DNA of 64,000 bases. Source: Dudresnaya verticillata (Eukaryota). Within the stretch, counting starts at the first letter, position 1, and each line of letters begins with the position of its first letter. This document shows, piece after piece, positions 44,001 to 57,233 of this stretch. The notes beneath the pieces were generated by a model that saw nothing but the letters and a program-made list of their open reading frames with translations, had not been told where the DNA came from and ran no database searches. Both the position numbers and the translations under genes were made by a program. Location: contig OZ374560.1 of assembly GCA_977862235.1 (NCBI GenBank), positions 682,001 to 746,000 on the forward strand. Reading direction: 5' to 3'.

Positions 44001-45709
44001 TGGATATGGCGGGCCATCCTGGTGGCACACGGATGTACCATAACTTGAGAAGGCAAGTGTATTGGCCAGACATGGCCCTTGCCGTTTACTCGACAGTGCG
44101 TAACTGTGTCAAGTGCGCGATGGAACGAGTCCAGTTGAGGAAACATACTTCGCACATGAAGTTATTTCCGGCTACTATGCCGCTCGAATTCCTAGGAATT
44201 GATATCTTCGGCCCGCTGCCACGATCAAACAAGGGGAACGAGTATCTTCTCGTCATCACCGATCGTTTCTCGAAACTTACACGGATAGTCCCGTTGAAGA
44301 CGGTAACGGTTTATACGGTAGCGAGGGCATTCTGCGAACACTGGGTGTATATCTACGGGCCACCCCGTTACGTCTTGTCCGACAATGGATCGCAGTTTGC
44401 TTCCAAGTTCTTTATTGCCGTCTGTGGCATCCTTCGTATTCGGAATATGTTCACTTCTACATATCATCCGCAGACTAATGGTCAGACCGAAAGGTTCAAC
44501 CGCACCCTTCTAGCAGGGTTGAGACACTTCATCGCAGATGATCAAAAAGATTTGGACGAGTTCACGTCGGCACTGACGTATGCGTATAATACGACCGTTC
44601 ATCGTGCTACGGGATTCGCGCCCGTTGATTTGGTTCTATCCAACCCACCTACTTCCATCCTCATGGAGAAAGCTGAAACGGTCGACGCGGCTAACGTATC
44701 TGCGACTAATGTCAAGAAGCGGCTGACCGCTAGGCTTGAGAAGCTGATGGATACAGCGTTGCCTCGGCTAAAATTAGCGCAACGTCGCTACGAAGCTAAC
44801 TTCAACAACCGCATGCGTCTGAGCAATCAGAATATGCGCCCTGGACAATGGGTCTTTCTCGAAAGAGAAACTAAGATGAAAGACGCTAGAGGCGTAACGC
44901 GAGAAGGAAAACTTTTCCCAAAGGCTCTGGGGCCTTATAAGGTCCTCGAGAGAGGAACGCATACCGTCGTGCTTGAAGTCAAGGGGGAACGAGAGTCAAT
45001 CTCGTTGGACCGCGTGACTTTGGCGCCCTCGCCAGACGAAGAACTCGGAGCTCTAGGACAGGACTCCACGATAGTTGGTGAAGCACCAGAAGCTGGAAAC
45101 CATATGCCACCCCCTTCTGGGCCAGAGCCCACCGATGAATCTTCCACTGAAGAGGCGCCAAGAGCGCAAGAGGAGGAACGCTCAAGAGAGGCCGTGGGAC
45201 CCGCAAATGCGACGACTGTCCCCTCTCCATTAATTGGAAACACTGACAATATCGATAACACCGTGGGCCCGGTTTCTCCTAACATACCCCCTACAGAGGT
45301 ATCTGTTTCCCTGTCGCAAGGCGGTAACGCCCCACAACTCTTACAGGAGTCAAATCCGCCTGCCGCTCCGACGGCAATGCCGGCGATTGAGGATGATGTG
45401 ACGGCGCCTCGCCGTAAGTTTTCACGCTATAAGAAAGCACCCCCACGTGAGTTCGTGTATGAAAAAATCATCGACTATGACGCCGATACCCATAAGTACC
45501 GTATCAGGTGGTTCCAATGCCCGGCGTCGCAAGACACCTGGGAGCCAAGGGATCACCTCCCTGACAATTTGGTCAAACGGTATCACCGTTCCAGGAAGAT
45601 AACCCTTCCAGGAGTAACTGCCGACGCAGTGGCTTCGTCGATAGACGAAGACGTGGAGTCTCGGGAAAACACAGCCCTAGAGCTATACAGAAAGAGACTG
45701 TCGGTTTAG
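41030..45709 (+). CDS. pol: Pol of B: PR-RT-RNaseH-IN-chromodomain (frameshift near 42070)
   Basis: LDTGA protease, RT YLDD, DTDAC RNase H, GHPG..CVKC, SDNG/QTNGQTER, GPY motif, and C-terminal chromodomain YEKIIDY..YRIRW..DTWEP. Confidence 0.95.
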
Positions 45710-45835
45710 CATGGAAAAGGAGGAGTCAATCTCCTGCAGCAAGGGTTGGGTTGCTTGTGGAAGCTGTCATTATATGAAACGTGGAACACGTATGCTGGTG
45801 AAGAAAAGGTTGTTACCTTGGTCTGGTTAGAAGAT

Positions 45836-45900
45836 ATGGATAGATGACATGGATAGATGTGGATAGATGTACAGAAGGTTCAAGACCTGGGATAGATGAG
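45836..45900. repeat. Short (tggatagatg)n array in the 3' region of B
   Basis: ggatagatg occurs four times. Confidence 0.7.
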
Positions 45901-46882
45901 ATCAAGGGAAATCTGGACATGGGTAGAACCCTGTAATAATAAGACTTGAGCCAACGCTCACATGTATAGAAAGAAATACTACCACCGGTAGGAAGGAAGC
46001 CTTATGCCAATATGGACATTAAGTTATGGGGATAGGCTCCAGCCACTTATGGATTGAAATCCAGGAGTGAGGATCTGCCCCCATGTTGGACACCTCCACC
46101 ACGGCAATAATCGTGAAGGGAATCCACGAAACCACATTCATCTGCCCTAGCAGAGTTACCATAACTTTGTCGCCATTGCGAGGCCGTCGCGGGCGAGGCT
46201 TACTACCATGGAGGAGTCGCTTCACCATAACGGTGACCTGACGGCCGCAGATGTGACATAAGCCCCCTCGTCGACGACGACTAGGGGATGTTAACTACAT
46301 TCTTCGAAGAAGGACGGTGTGTTGCTCCAGACGCCATAGAGGCGAGTTGATCTACAAATCAGCTATGGCTGAAGAACCCCTACATTGGTTGGCGCCAACA
46401 AGAGCGTAGCTCTACAGTATGTTTTTGTCTACTGTAGAGTCGTCTCTATCATTGCTGGCATTAACTGATTTGGCGAAGCGCCAAGGGAGGCGGATTGACT
46501 AACGAATCACAATCGTTTGGCACCACAATCCACGGGGCACTGCCCCGGCACCCCCGGCTCTCGCCACCAACTCCCTTGAGGAGTCTGCCGCGCATGTGCG
46601 TGCGACTCCCTCTCCGAGTGAAGGACCTAGACAAGAAAAGGCGCGACGGCCTTGAGTTAAAGGAAGTCACTCGACGAACGCCGACGGGGGCTCCTTCAGA
46701 GCCTAGTCGCAGAGGAGTGTTAATGAGGGCCCCCTCAGTGGTTGGCTCTACTTACGGAAATCGGCGTACCGAAGTGACACAAACAACAACAAGTCACTTT
46801 ACTTCAGCGGATAAGCCGCTCTTGCCCAAGTGTGGCGCATTACGTGGCTCACGAGCCATTACTCGAAGAAGGACAACTTCGG

Positions 46883-49159
46883 CTAATCCGATAACAGGTC
46901 AATAACCTCATCCTCACCCAACAGAGGATTCGGCTTGGGTGCCGAGTGAGATACGACGACACGTCGCACCTCGCGCACGACGTGACGACTTTCCCCTCCG
47001 CGACGCAGACCACGACCGCGCCTACTCCCCTCTAACTCGTTTAACGCACGGCGACTGGCCGTTGGCTGGTCCACTTCCATGGCATCAACGCCATCGGTCT
47101 GGCTACCCTGTGCGAGTGGGGCTACTTCGTCTTCTTCCTTCATGACGAGCTCAGTCTTCACGACGACGTCGTCTTGAGGGGTTACGTTGGACTACCGAAC
47201 AGTGGGCGAAGGCCCAGTCTCGACATCCGCCGGCTTCTCGCTCTCTTGGCCGGTGCCACTTGGTTTAACCACCAGGGAGTCGCCCTTAGAACGACTAGCA
47301 TCGGGCTGGCCCCGAGAATCATCTCGGGGAGAGATCGTGTTGAGAAACTCGCCTGTAGCAACGAAGCCAGACATGTGCGTCGTAGGAGCAGCCGGAGCCA
47401 TCGTCGATGAGGAGGCACCCGCTGTATTGATCGGCTTGGGAGCCGAGTGGGAAATGGCCGCTCCATGACTGGCCGAAGGCGCCACAGCTGACTCTTCACG
47501 AGGAACCACCGAGGCGTCACCACCTGTCATTGCGCGCGGATCCAAACCATCGACCTTGGCCGATTCCCTCTTCACTCACGGCGTAGCAGAATGGCCAACG
47601 CCCAAACGAGGTTTGATGTCAACATCATCGGGGTATCCCTTCAAGGGCGGGAGTCTTTACAAATGGGTACGAAGTTTCTCTAAACGCTCCACAGGACCCG
47701 GAGTCCTCATCCAATTGGACTCATAGTCCACCATTACCTCCTCGACCCAGTCGGCGAGGCTATTGACGGTGAGATTCCGTAGTTCCCAATGCACCGCGAG
47801 GCGGATAGCCAAACCTCGTTTGTTGAAGACGTCACGCAAGACGTGGTTGGCCTTACCGTGGCCAGTTGATGCCGTCGCGTACGGACCTTGAGACTGACCA
47901 TCGATAGTGTCGTCGAATGACGGGACGTCACCTGGAGTCTCCGGACCGGGGTCCTGCCAACTGGCGCTCACCCACCCGTGAGTCACACCGGTGATGCGGG
48001 TTCCCTCATCCAAGACCAGGGGTCTCTCCTCTGTCGGCTCAGGCTGAATCATGAAGTCCGGCAACACCGGATGCCAATCTTCTGGGTCAAAGTCCACCCA
48101 ATCTCCTCGGTCATATACAGGAGTGAGATGACCGGTGTTCTCCGGGAGATGACGATTCCGTTTGGAGATTCGGCTCCACCGAATGCGGTCTATGAAGACC
48201 GAAAGGGCCTTCAAGTCCTGTGCGTCCTCGGCGTCCGCCGACAGATTGTCGATACCCATCTCCTTGATGGCAGCGCGAAGGGGCTCGTTGATGAAATACA
48301 GCATCCCATGCCGGGCCTCATAGACGAGAGTCTGCGCGACCAAGACGATCCACTCGTGACGAAAAAGGGTCCAGAGTACGCTCTCATCCATGGCTCGCGC
48401 CATCATGTTCAGGCCAAAGTAAGCCACGATGGTGGGGGTACCCACTGGCATCGAATATGAAACTTCATACGACGCGTGGTCGTCGGGCACTTGAGAGTAC
48501 TTAGCCCTGTAATACTCTGGTCTGACGGCAACCACCTCTTGGCAATGACAAGGGATGAGACACCCAGTCTTATGGCGCTGACGTCGCTCAAAGCGAGAAT
48601 AAGCCAACGGCTTGGCCGTCTGCGGGTTGTCAAGCGCATACTTGAGGTTGAAGGACTCGTCCCATCGGACGATGCGAGCTATCGTATATGGATAGTTATC
48701 CCGCCCCTTTCGAATAAGGGGGCGGGCATGGCTAACCATGCGAAGGTCCCACTTTCCACTCGAGTGGATTTCCCGCATCGCCCCCAGCTGGTAGTTCAGC
48801 TTCCCGGCGATACAGTTCGTGAAGAACACCTCATGCCTGAATCGCACGTATGCGAGGTCCCAAAGGTAGCAGGACGCCTCACCCAGCAGACCGGGAACGA
48901 GTCGGTTGGTCCCGGTCAACATGTCCACTCGAGCACGGCTGACGCTGTTCCACATACGACTCTGAGCACCGCGGCTCCCGCGTCGTTGGATGTCCTCACG
49001 ACCAGCCCCAGCTCGGGCTTTGATGTGCGCCAAGTCGGTGCGTACCAACCAGTCGCGACTGCGCTTAATGACAATCGGCACACCCGCCGAGTCGACTTCA
49101 TGGCCAAGAACGCTGGCGCTAGAGCCAGCCTCTCCATAGACGAGGCCCAAGTTGGTCAT
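46883..49159 (-). CDS. Antisense accessory ORF of B (500-aa open core at 47657-49159 plus disrupted C-terminal tail)
   Basis: Long ORF collinear with 59327-61598 in D. Tail pieces 47192-47575 and 46883-47161 also match D and end EVIDLLSD*. Confidence 0.85.
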
Positions 49160-49926
49160 CGCTGTGACGATGCGAACCCAACGTCGCGAGACGTCTCGAG
49201 TTGAAGGCTTTGCAAAATGGGAGCGACCCCAGTTATTCTTCTAAGGCACGGAGGCCTTGTCTTCGGTATAACCGTCGGCTCCAGAGCCGAACCCTAAGGT
49301 GGCGAGCGCGACCTGAAAATACTTCTAAGGCGCGGAGGCCTTCCTTGAAATGCGTCGGCTCCAAAGCCGATCGTCAGAAAGGTGAACGCGACCTGAATCG
49401 CTCGAGCGATGCTTCGGGGCAACACGACGCCAGTCGTTGACGCACGCGTTTTTGCCACGCGACAAGGGTGAAACGCTCCCGCGCGCTGCGCAGCACGGCA
49501 GAAGGACGCGCCCAAACACGACGCGAGTCGTTGCGACGTGGCTAGGGCGAAGGGGGGCGGAAGCGTGATGAAGAAGGAGGGCAGACTCGCAGGAGTGTTG
49601 AGGTTGAGAGTGGAGTCGGTGGATGACCGAGAGCCCGAAAGGGGCACAGTCGGCTCTGCGCCGAGGTTGAAATAGACGCCCCGTCTGGCGTGTCGCGTTG
49701 TCGATACCAGTTGTGGCGCCAAAGGCGAGCCACCGACGACGGTGCTGTTGCTGGGCTGATCTGGCGCAGGCGCCAACGACCGTTCGCGGATGCTTCTAGA
49801 AAGCCAGAAACCCCCCCGCATGGCTGGGCCAATCTTTTCGACGAGATTTCAGATCTCAACGGTCGGAACCGTTGGAAACAGCATTGCTGTACTGAGCGGG
49901 GTCGCTCAGTTTTAAGAAGGGGGCCG

Positions 49927-50550
49927 TGCGGAATAATGAGGGCCCGAGCGCTGTAAGCACACACGTGTACAGGCGACGCCTGTAAGGCGTGAGGCGCCCG
50001 AGGGCACGATGGTTGAGATGGCTGATTATCATTGGTTGATTAATCCTGGTCACCCATATTTTTGGCATGGCGCGCCAGACAGCAGCGCGCCTGTACCTCG
50101 TAGTGGTACTACCACTCATTCCTATCATTGGATTGTAATCCACCATTTAGTGTACAGTATTAGGTAACTGTCAGTATTATAACTCTAACTTAGAGTGGGT
50201 AGCATTTCCGGCTTCCCGCCGTATTTATTGGGCCCCTGAGTAGCAGGGGCCCCGCACTAAACCGGCAGCGGTGTGTACTTTGGGCTGTACCCATTTTCTG
50301 GTCTTCCTACGGTGCCACCGTGTTTCCCTTGCCTTGGGCGTCTACAAGCCCTATCGTGTACGACGATTGCTCTACGCTGTAGGGTTCGCCTTCCCTTTTC
50401 GTTGTTTCTGGGTATTACACCCACGACAAGTCTCTACCACCCCCTTTTTCCCTTTTCCTTTGAGCTACCGCCCACCGTGAGTGTGTGTCCCCAGGACAGC
50501 TGTCGCGCCGTTTTATCGCCGACTACCTGCCCAAGGGCCATTCTACTACA
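49927..50550 (+). repeat. 3' LTR of B
   Basis: Direct repeat of 37273-37896. Confidence 0.97.
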
Positions 50551-51493
50551 GTAACCGCCACCATACGTGAGGCGACCGTTCGTTGGCACCGAGACCGTTA
50601 CGAATCATTCGAGTACGAACCGTCTCCCGCGTTGACGTGTATTCGTTCTCACGTAGTATTACTTAGCCAGTCGTCTGGCACAACCTCCGAGGGTTTCCGC
50701 AAGCGACAAGCGCCCGGACCTCGGAGTCTTAGGTAAACGCCTGTTTCTTCGAGTTCGGTGTCTTCGTCTTCGTGACCGCGGATACGGTCGAGCCTCGCTT
50801 TCGATAGCCCCGTGCACCCGGAGTCATCCCCGGTGATCGATCGCTCGAGTTCTCCCTTCCGCGCACGAATACGTTGACACCGTGGTCCTTCGTGTCGGCC
50901 GCTCCGCTCGACCACGCTGCCACCCCTTTTCCTTTCTCCGTTAGGCTACGACGCCACACGTTAGGCTCCGAGGCCATTCCTTACAGTGCGAGACTTCCCC
51001 GCGTCACCGTGGACTTCGTTATACCACAAAGAATGGAAAGATTCCCATGAAACTTCGGGAGCTTCCATGCCTAAACCCTGAATGTAATAAAAAGGTTATT
51101 AAACATCCCGGGGGTGTTCGTGTCCCGAGACAAGCGCACATTTGGCACATGTCACACAATCTTTTGCAGTCTTTTCTCAAAGACCGCAGCAAAAGGAATG
51201 CAAAGCGTTTTGCAACTCATCTGCAAGCTGATGCTAATGATTACGCAAATGACAGAAATGCTACGCTTATGTGGCAGCTTATGAGAGCAGTGCTTGCTGG
51301 AAATGTTTCGGCAAGGTTATGTGCCGATGGTGGCTTGGAAATTAACGTATTGCCTCAAAAGGTTTTTACAGAGCTGTTGCATCATCGTGCAAACATGACA
51401 GTTGACATCTTTGACCACGCATGCAAGTTTGGTCTAGCTGCTTCTGAAATGCATGTGGCTTGCGATAGGGAGGTTACTCTTAACATTGAGCTT

Positions 51494-52326
51494 TGTGGCG
51501 CACGGGGGCCGAGCTTTTATTTCCTCGCCATGGGCGTCAAGGGCTCCGTCGCCCGACGGACGGTCGCCTGAAACGGCTCATTCGCCGTTGGGCGAACACG
51601 TCATCGACGTTTGGCCTACGGACGCGCTGGCGCCACAACCCCACGCCGCGCGCGCCCAATGCACTGTACGGTACCATGCTGTAGAGTGGATCTGGATGAT
51701 GCATCGGGATCAACGAGGTGTAAGTGGGTTGACTGTCAGTTTGGCCCGAATCCCGATTGAATCCGGATCCGGCAGCCGGATCGGACATCGGGATCCTCTG
51801 TAAGTGAAACGCGCCTGTAATACGGTGCCAATCGCGATCCGAATCCGGATCGCCTACAGTACCGCACAGGCGCGTCTCTGTAAGACACATGCGCCGGCGT
51901 ACAGCGGCTGCGTTGTCCCGGGACGTGTCAGACGCACCTCCAGGCGACACACGTCCCGGGTTCCCGCGCACTACGTCATGCAGCCGCCGCGCCGCGGCCC
52001 CATAGCATTATTTAGGTATCTCGTCTAGGACGTAGCAGTAAAGTCCCGACAAGCCGGTTCGGGTCAACACTTCCCTTCCGCGACAGCGCGCACCCTACCG
52101 CTGCCCGGAAGCATAAGCGTCTACCTATCCGTGTTTCCACGTTCATAACCGTTGCTAACGTGTTTTCCTTTGGGTTTCCTTGCCCCTTTTCTCTCCCGCC
52201 TTGGGTGTTTACAGTCCACCCTAGGCGTGTTCAACCTGCTCTATCAAGTTCGCCACCAGCGGCTACCCACCGGGCTCCCGAGCGGCTCGGAGGTGTTTTC
52301 CGTCTCTAGACGACGTTTGCACGACA
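51494..52326 (+). mobile_element. Solo LTR F (833 bp)
   Basis: TG...CA ends, TSD AGCTT (51489-51493 and 52327-52331), homologous to LTR 62266-63166, splits the protease of C. Confidence 0.9.
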
Positions 52327-53903
52327 AGCTTCGCATTCGTCATGGGAAGGCTCTTCTAATCCGAAATGTTATAGTGGCGCGTTGCTGTAGATGCTGTCGA
52401 AGAGCCACTTCTGGGACGTCCGATTCAAGAAGCTCTCGGATTGGAACGAAAGAGATTCTTGCTGCCGCCTGTGACAGGTATCATGGTGAGGTAGATGCAG
52501 ACTTTGTGATGAAGAAAGAGTATAGCAAGGGCTCAATTGCTCGTACACTAACATCGGGACTCTTTCACTCAGACCAAGGTGAGCCCAGCGATGATTTCGA
52601 AGGACGTTCTGCACAAAGAACGGAATTAGGTGAAGACACGCCCGAGGAGCTAGATGTGGCACTAACCAAGTTGTTGGAAGAGGCAACAAGTAACGGATTG
52701 AGTACCACAGGCCGAAGCAGAATGACAGAACTTTTGGAGGACTACAGGGATGTATTTCGTGTCCGACTTGGCTCTGACCCACCTGCTAAGGTGGAACCAA
52801 TGCGTATTAGTATCCAGCCTGGGTCTGTGCCGTACATTTACAAGGCCCGGCGATATTTGGTGTACCAAAGGGAATACATGACGCGTTTTGTCGACAAGGT
52901 TGTTGCGTACGGTATGGCTATTCCTAATCCAAACACCGAGTGGACTTCCCCGCCATTACTCCTTCCCAAGCCCGGTACGTCGTCTTATAGGCTCACCTTT
53001 CACCTGCGTAGGGTGAACCAATGCACTAAGCCCATGGGTTGGCCTATGCTCCACCTTCAGTCTGGACTTCTGCACTTCTCTGGTAGTAGCTGCTTCGCAA
53101 GTATTGACTTTTGTGCAGGTTATTGGCAAATGCCATTGCACCCAGAAAGCCAGCACTACCACAGCTTTCTGACACCCGCAGGTGTCTTTCAGCCAACAAG
53201 AACGTTACAGGGAGGCATGAAAGCTGTACAAACTTTCCAGTCACGCGTCGAGCCGTGCTTTCAGTCTATACGAGGATCTGTAAAGGCCTGGCTGGACGAC
53301 TTTGGGGTACATGCTAAGAGTGAAGAACAGCTGATTTCCCAGCTGCGTAATGTTTCAGGGTGATTTTGCGTTTTAGGGGATGACAGGGTCCAGTGTTGAG
53401 GCAATCGGGAGGTGTAAATGGATGTCTTGTGGCTACTAAGGTCCGATTCGTGAGAAGGTGTTGGAAATGGGGGCGACCTGTGCCGAAATTGAGTCATGAC
53501 GGGGTTGAAAAGTGAAACGACACCCTGCATGTGGTTCAGAAAAACCAAATGTCGCATAAACAGAGTCATTTTCACCTGTGTAAAACAGCAATACCGGGAA
53601 AGAATCACCCCTCGAAAAGTGCAAGACGGCAAGTATCCCCAGATTCGACGGCCACTCTGGCCCATTATGAGGATACCCGAGAGCTCGTTTGAGATTTCCA
53701 GAATGGAAAAATATTCGAATCTACACATCCCCCCGCTCCGCTAACCACGCCACCGGGTCACCCCACATTCCGAATCACCTGGTGTCGGGGTTTTGCTTTT
53801 GTTATCAACACCTTCACCCTACCCATAAACTCTGTCACCCTGCATCAACAGAACATTGTGTACTGTCGTGCATAGCGATTCGCATATTCTTCTAAATGTC
53901 AAG

Positions 53904-56900
53904 ATGCGCCCACAAAGTCAGGACCGAGAAAATCGCGAGCGCCCCAAAAGTACGAGACAAGGCATTCGACACCTGTCTACTGTAGAAGAAGGCGTCACAA
54001 CTCTGCTCGAAGTGTTCTGCGTTCGACCAGAAGAAGCAAGTCTCCGCGTAATCAAAAATGTTTATCTTCGTATCGCAGCGCTCGTTCATCCAGATAAACT
54101 GCGGACGGTCCAGCCGCGGTGCGCTGATAGATCTATGAGGATTATGTCGCGCACAATGGAGCAGGCAGAGGCTGAAATTCGCTATTTGGAAATGGATAGA
54201 AGTGAAGGCGGCGAATACCCTTCCATTGTTCTCCTACCAGCATTCCTTGTATTCAGTAGGATAACTTTAGAACGGGAGGATACTCTAAGAAGGGTTGAAA
54301 TGGAGCAAGAGGAAAGAAGGGAGGATCAAAGAGAACAGGATAGGCAAAGGAGCGAAGTGGAACGACAGCGACATGAGGCAGAGTTGACGGAGAGGGAAAC
54401 TGCGACACAGGAATAGTTAGAGAGTTAACTCGTGGAGAGAGAGCGCGCTACGCAGTTGGAGAAGAAGAGGATGGAGAGAGAACGCGCTGAGCAGTTGCAG
54501 AAGGAGCGACTAGAGCGGGAACGCGCTGCGAAGTTGGAGAAGGAGAGGCTGGAGAGGGAACGCGCTGCGCAGTTGGAGAAGGATAGAGTGGAAAAGGAGC
54601 GAGCCTCGCAATTGGAGAAGGAAAGGCTGGAGAGGGAACGCGCTGCGCAGTTGGAGAAAGAGAAGCGAGTCCAACTGCATCAAGACGAGCTGTTGAATGC
54701 AAGGGTTTCGGAGGCTGCGGAACTGGCTAATCTTTTTTGCCCTACCACGCGGGCGGAAAGACAGAAAGTCAGAGAAGATCGCGACAGTCCAGTTGACTCT
54801 AATCAGAGTTTCGAATCTATTGCATCTCGAGATGGTGAAGAATTCAACTGTAGTGTCGATTTATCTGTGGGTGAAACTGAAGGCGAAGGGAGTGACGAAG
54901 AAGATATAGAAGTGGGCGATGATGTAGAAATAAGAGGACACGGCCCATCCTGTATCTTTAGGCAATTATAAGTTGGAGGAATCGTTGAAAGACCCTTCGA
55001 ATGATTCAGATGGGGAATATATAGACGATTCATTTGACCCTATGGGGTATATTGCTATGGATTTCAGGGAAGACGAGGTGTAATCCGAGCCTGAGGTGGA
55101 TGTCCTCACTCCGGAAGGAGCGGACAAAAAGTTACGTAGAACCATTCACAAGCGACTGTCCAAGCGCCGAACAATGATTCGTGCAATGGATGCTGTAAGG
55201 GCTGAAAGATTGTCAGCGATGACTTGGAAGCCTAGATCGGTTGTAGACGTACATCCCAAGGTAGCAATGGCTCTCAGCGCTCGTTGGAGGTGCGAGCAGC
55301 TGATAAGAGCTCATACAGCGTCTCTTGGTGTGCAACGCGGCGTCAATATTCTACAGACTCCTGTTAAGGTTAGGATGAATTGTCGGAAAGAATACTGCCC
55401 TTCTACTTTCGTCTTTGATTGGCAGCCAAGTACGAATCTGTGGAAGTTGAACAAGTACCAAGACCACCTGAACGACTACTTTGGTCAACGTGTCGCTGCA
55501 AGCCCCATGAAAATATCTTCGGGATCCTCGTCATGTGCCCCAGCTTGTACTCCTTAGCAACTTGCAATATCTATACTGGAGGATATGCACAATGATCCGA
55601 ACGTGTCATGCAAGACAATTGCTTCGGTTGTTCGAGCCAAGCGCATTTACTCCCGACAACCCCCCTACAGTCACTATCGCAGTGTTCGAAGAGAGCTTCA
55701 GCGTCATTTTACCATTTCAAGGGCCGTGGATATGGCAGCACTGGAGGGGTATGCTGAATTGCTCCGACGCGTTGGACACCGGGTCGAAACTTGCGTTTGC
55801 AGCGGCGTGGAGATGAAGAAAACTAGACTGAAAGCGGCACGCCATATCTTCGAGCAGCGCAAAAAAGGCAAGGAGGAACCAAAGGATGCTACTTTCAATG
55901 AGGAAGAAGTTGCTTTATCGGACATAGAAGATGGAGGACGGTACTACGGCGGAATGGTATTTGTTCCCTCTATTGCAAAGTCGTACTGCAACCATGGGAT
56001 CCTTACAGCAGCCGCAGATGCTGCACACTGTGAGAGAGTGGGCTTGCAGTCTTATGGCACTACGTTTCAGGTTATTGGGTACGACGCAAATCACCAACTT
56101 TGCCCAATTGCCTTTGCCCACTTTGTTGGGCCGGAAAACAAAGAGACCTGGGGTAAAGTGTTCAGAGCATGCGTAGATATTGATGGATTCGATGTCGTGA
56201 AGCGGGTTACAATAGTAGATAAAGATAAATCTATTGACGCTGCCTATCGCGATATCATGAAGAAGACAAGCTTGTTTCTTGACCCGCTTCACGTCAAGAA
56301 AATATGGCCACGAATCTAGGTTCGCCATCAAACGCAATCTGATTGTATGAGATGGCCGTACACGCCCCCTAACGACGGGAGTTTGAAGTCCTAAAAGCTC
56401 AGTTTTCCGGAAAGCAGAAGCAGTATCTGGGCCGTTTCCGAGACGCAGAGCTATGCCGAGCCTATTACAACCTTAGTGACCTTATCAAGACCTCTCAAGG
56501 TGCAGAAAGCCAAATGTCCGCAGATTCGAGGAACAATGTTTGCTCTGTTGAGCCTCAAAAGATGCTAACAAGAGTTGTTCTTTCGCAGAGGACGCATTTT
56601 CTTCGACAACAAAAAGCATTGTCATGTTCTTCACCTGTGACACCGACAACGGAGAAGCACCTCGCACGTTTGATTTGGCGCTCGCGGGCTTACCTACCAT
56701 CGATAAGATTTCTAGAAGGATCTTCAGATATGGAAGCAACGGTTTCCAGTCAAACAAATGGTACCAATCTACGACGTGTCGCACTGAATCAACAGCGCCA
56801 GCGCCCACCGACCTGCTGTGCTTACTCCACAAATGGATCCGGATTTCCGCGTTGGCATGGGGTTGCGGTTATTTCTGAGAAGCATGGTGCAGGTTATCTA

Positions 56901-57233
56901 CATCGGTTTATTGACGAAAGGCATCTAGCATCTGCGTGGTCTACGAAATACGGAAATGTACAGTACTAGCTCCCGTCTCAAGAATCTGTACATGAAGTTG
57001 TGTGTGCTGCAGAGGTTCTGGTGGCGAAGAAAGAGAATATACAAATTCCAAAGGCGTTGTCGCCACCACGTGGACGTCCTATGAGGAATGCTGGAAAGCG
57101 CAAGAAGAATTGGTACGAGAGAGGTCCCGCAACCAAGAAGAAGCGCGTGTACTCTTGCTCATTATGCCGGCTGACGGATCACACTGTGAAGGACTGTCCT
57201 CTCAAACAGCTGTATGGTGATACCACGGAGTAG
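53904..57233 (+). pseudogene. MULE transposase with N-terminal J-domain-like and coiled-coil regions, disrupted
   Basis: IKNVYLRIAALVHPDK, (LERERAAQLEKER)n, acidic linker, DDE core (ADAAH..GYDANHQLCPIAFA..ENKETW..IVDKDK..DPLH), degenerate SWIM, and CSLC..H..C knuckle. Several stops and frameshifts. Confidence 0.85.
54433..54665 (+). repeat. 39-bp coding tandem repeat (~6 copies)
   Basis: Encodes LERERAAQLEKER-like units. Confidence 0.9.

Larger units (their letters stand above)
37273..50550 (+). mobile_element. Complete 13,278-bp chromovirus-type LTR retrotransposon B with extra 3' region
   Basis: 624-bp LTRs with 2 differences seen, TSD GTAAC (37268-37272 and 50551-50555), PBS, PPT aagaagggggccg (49914-49926), gag, pol and an antisense ORF. 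Confidence 0.97.
36904..51028. mobile_element. Solo LTR G (~840 bp: 36904-37272 plus 50556-51028), split by element B
   Basis: Perfect 9-bp inverted ends TGTGGTATA...TATACCACA, imperfect TSD aataa/aagaa, interrupts the gag of C. Confidence 0.75.

Noticed and set aside
47657..49159. env-like gene
   Set aside because: Antisense orientation, no signal peptide and no clear transmembrane anchor.
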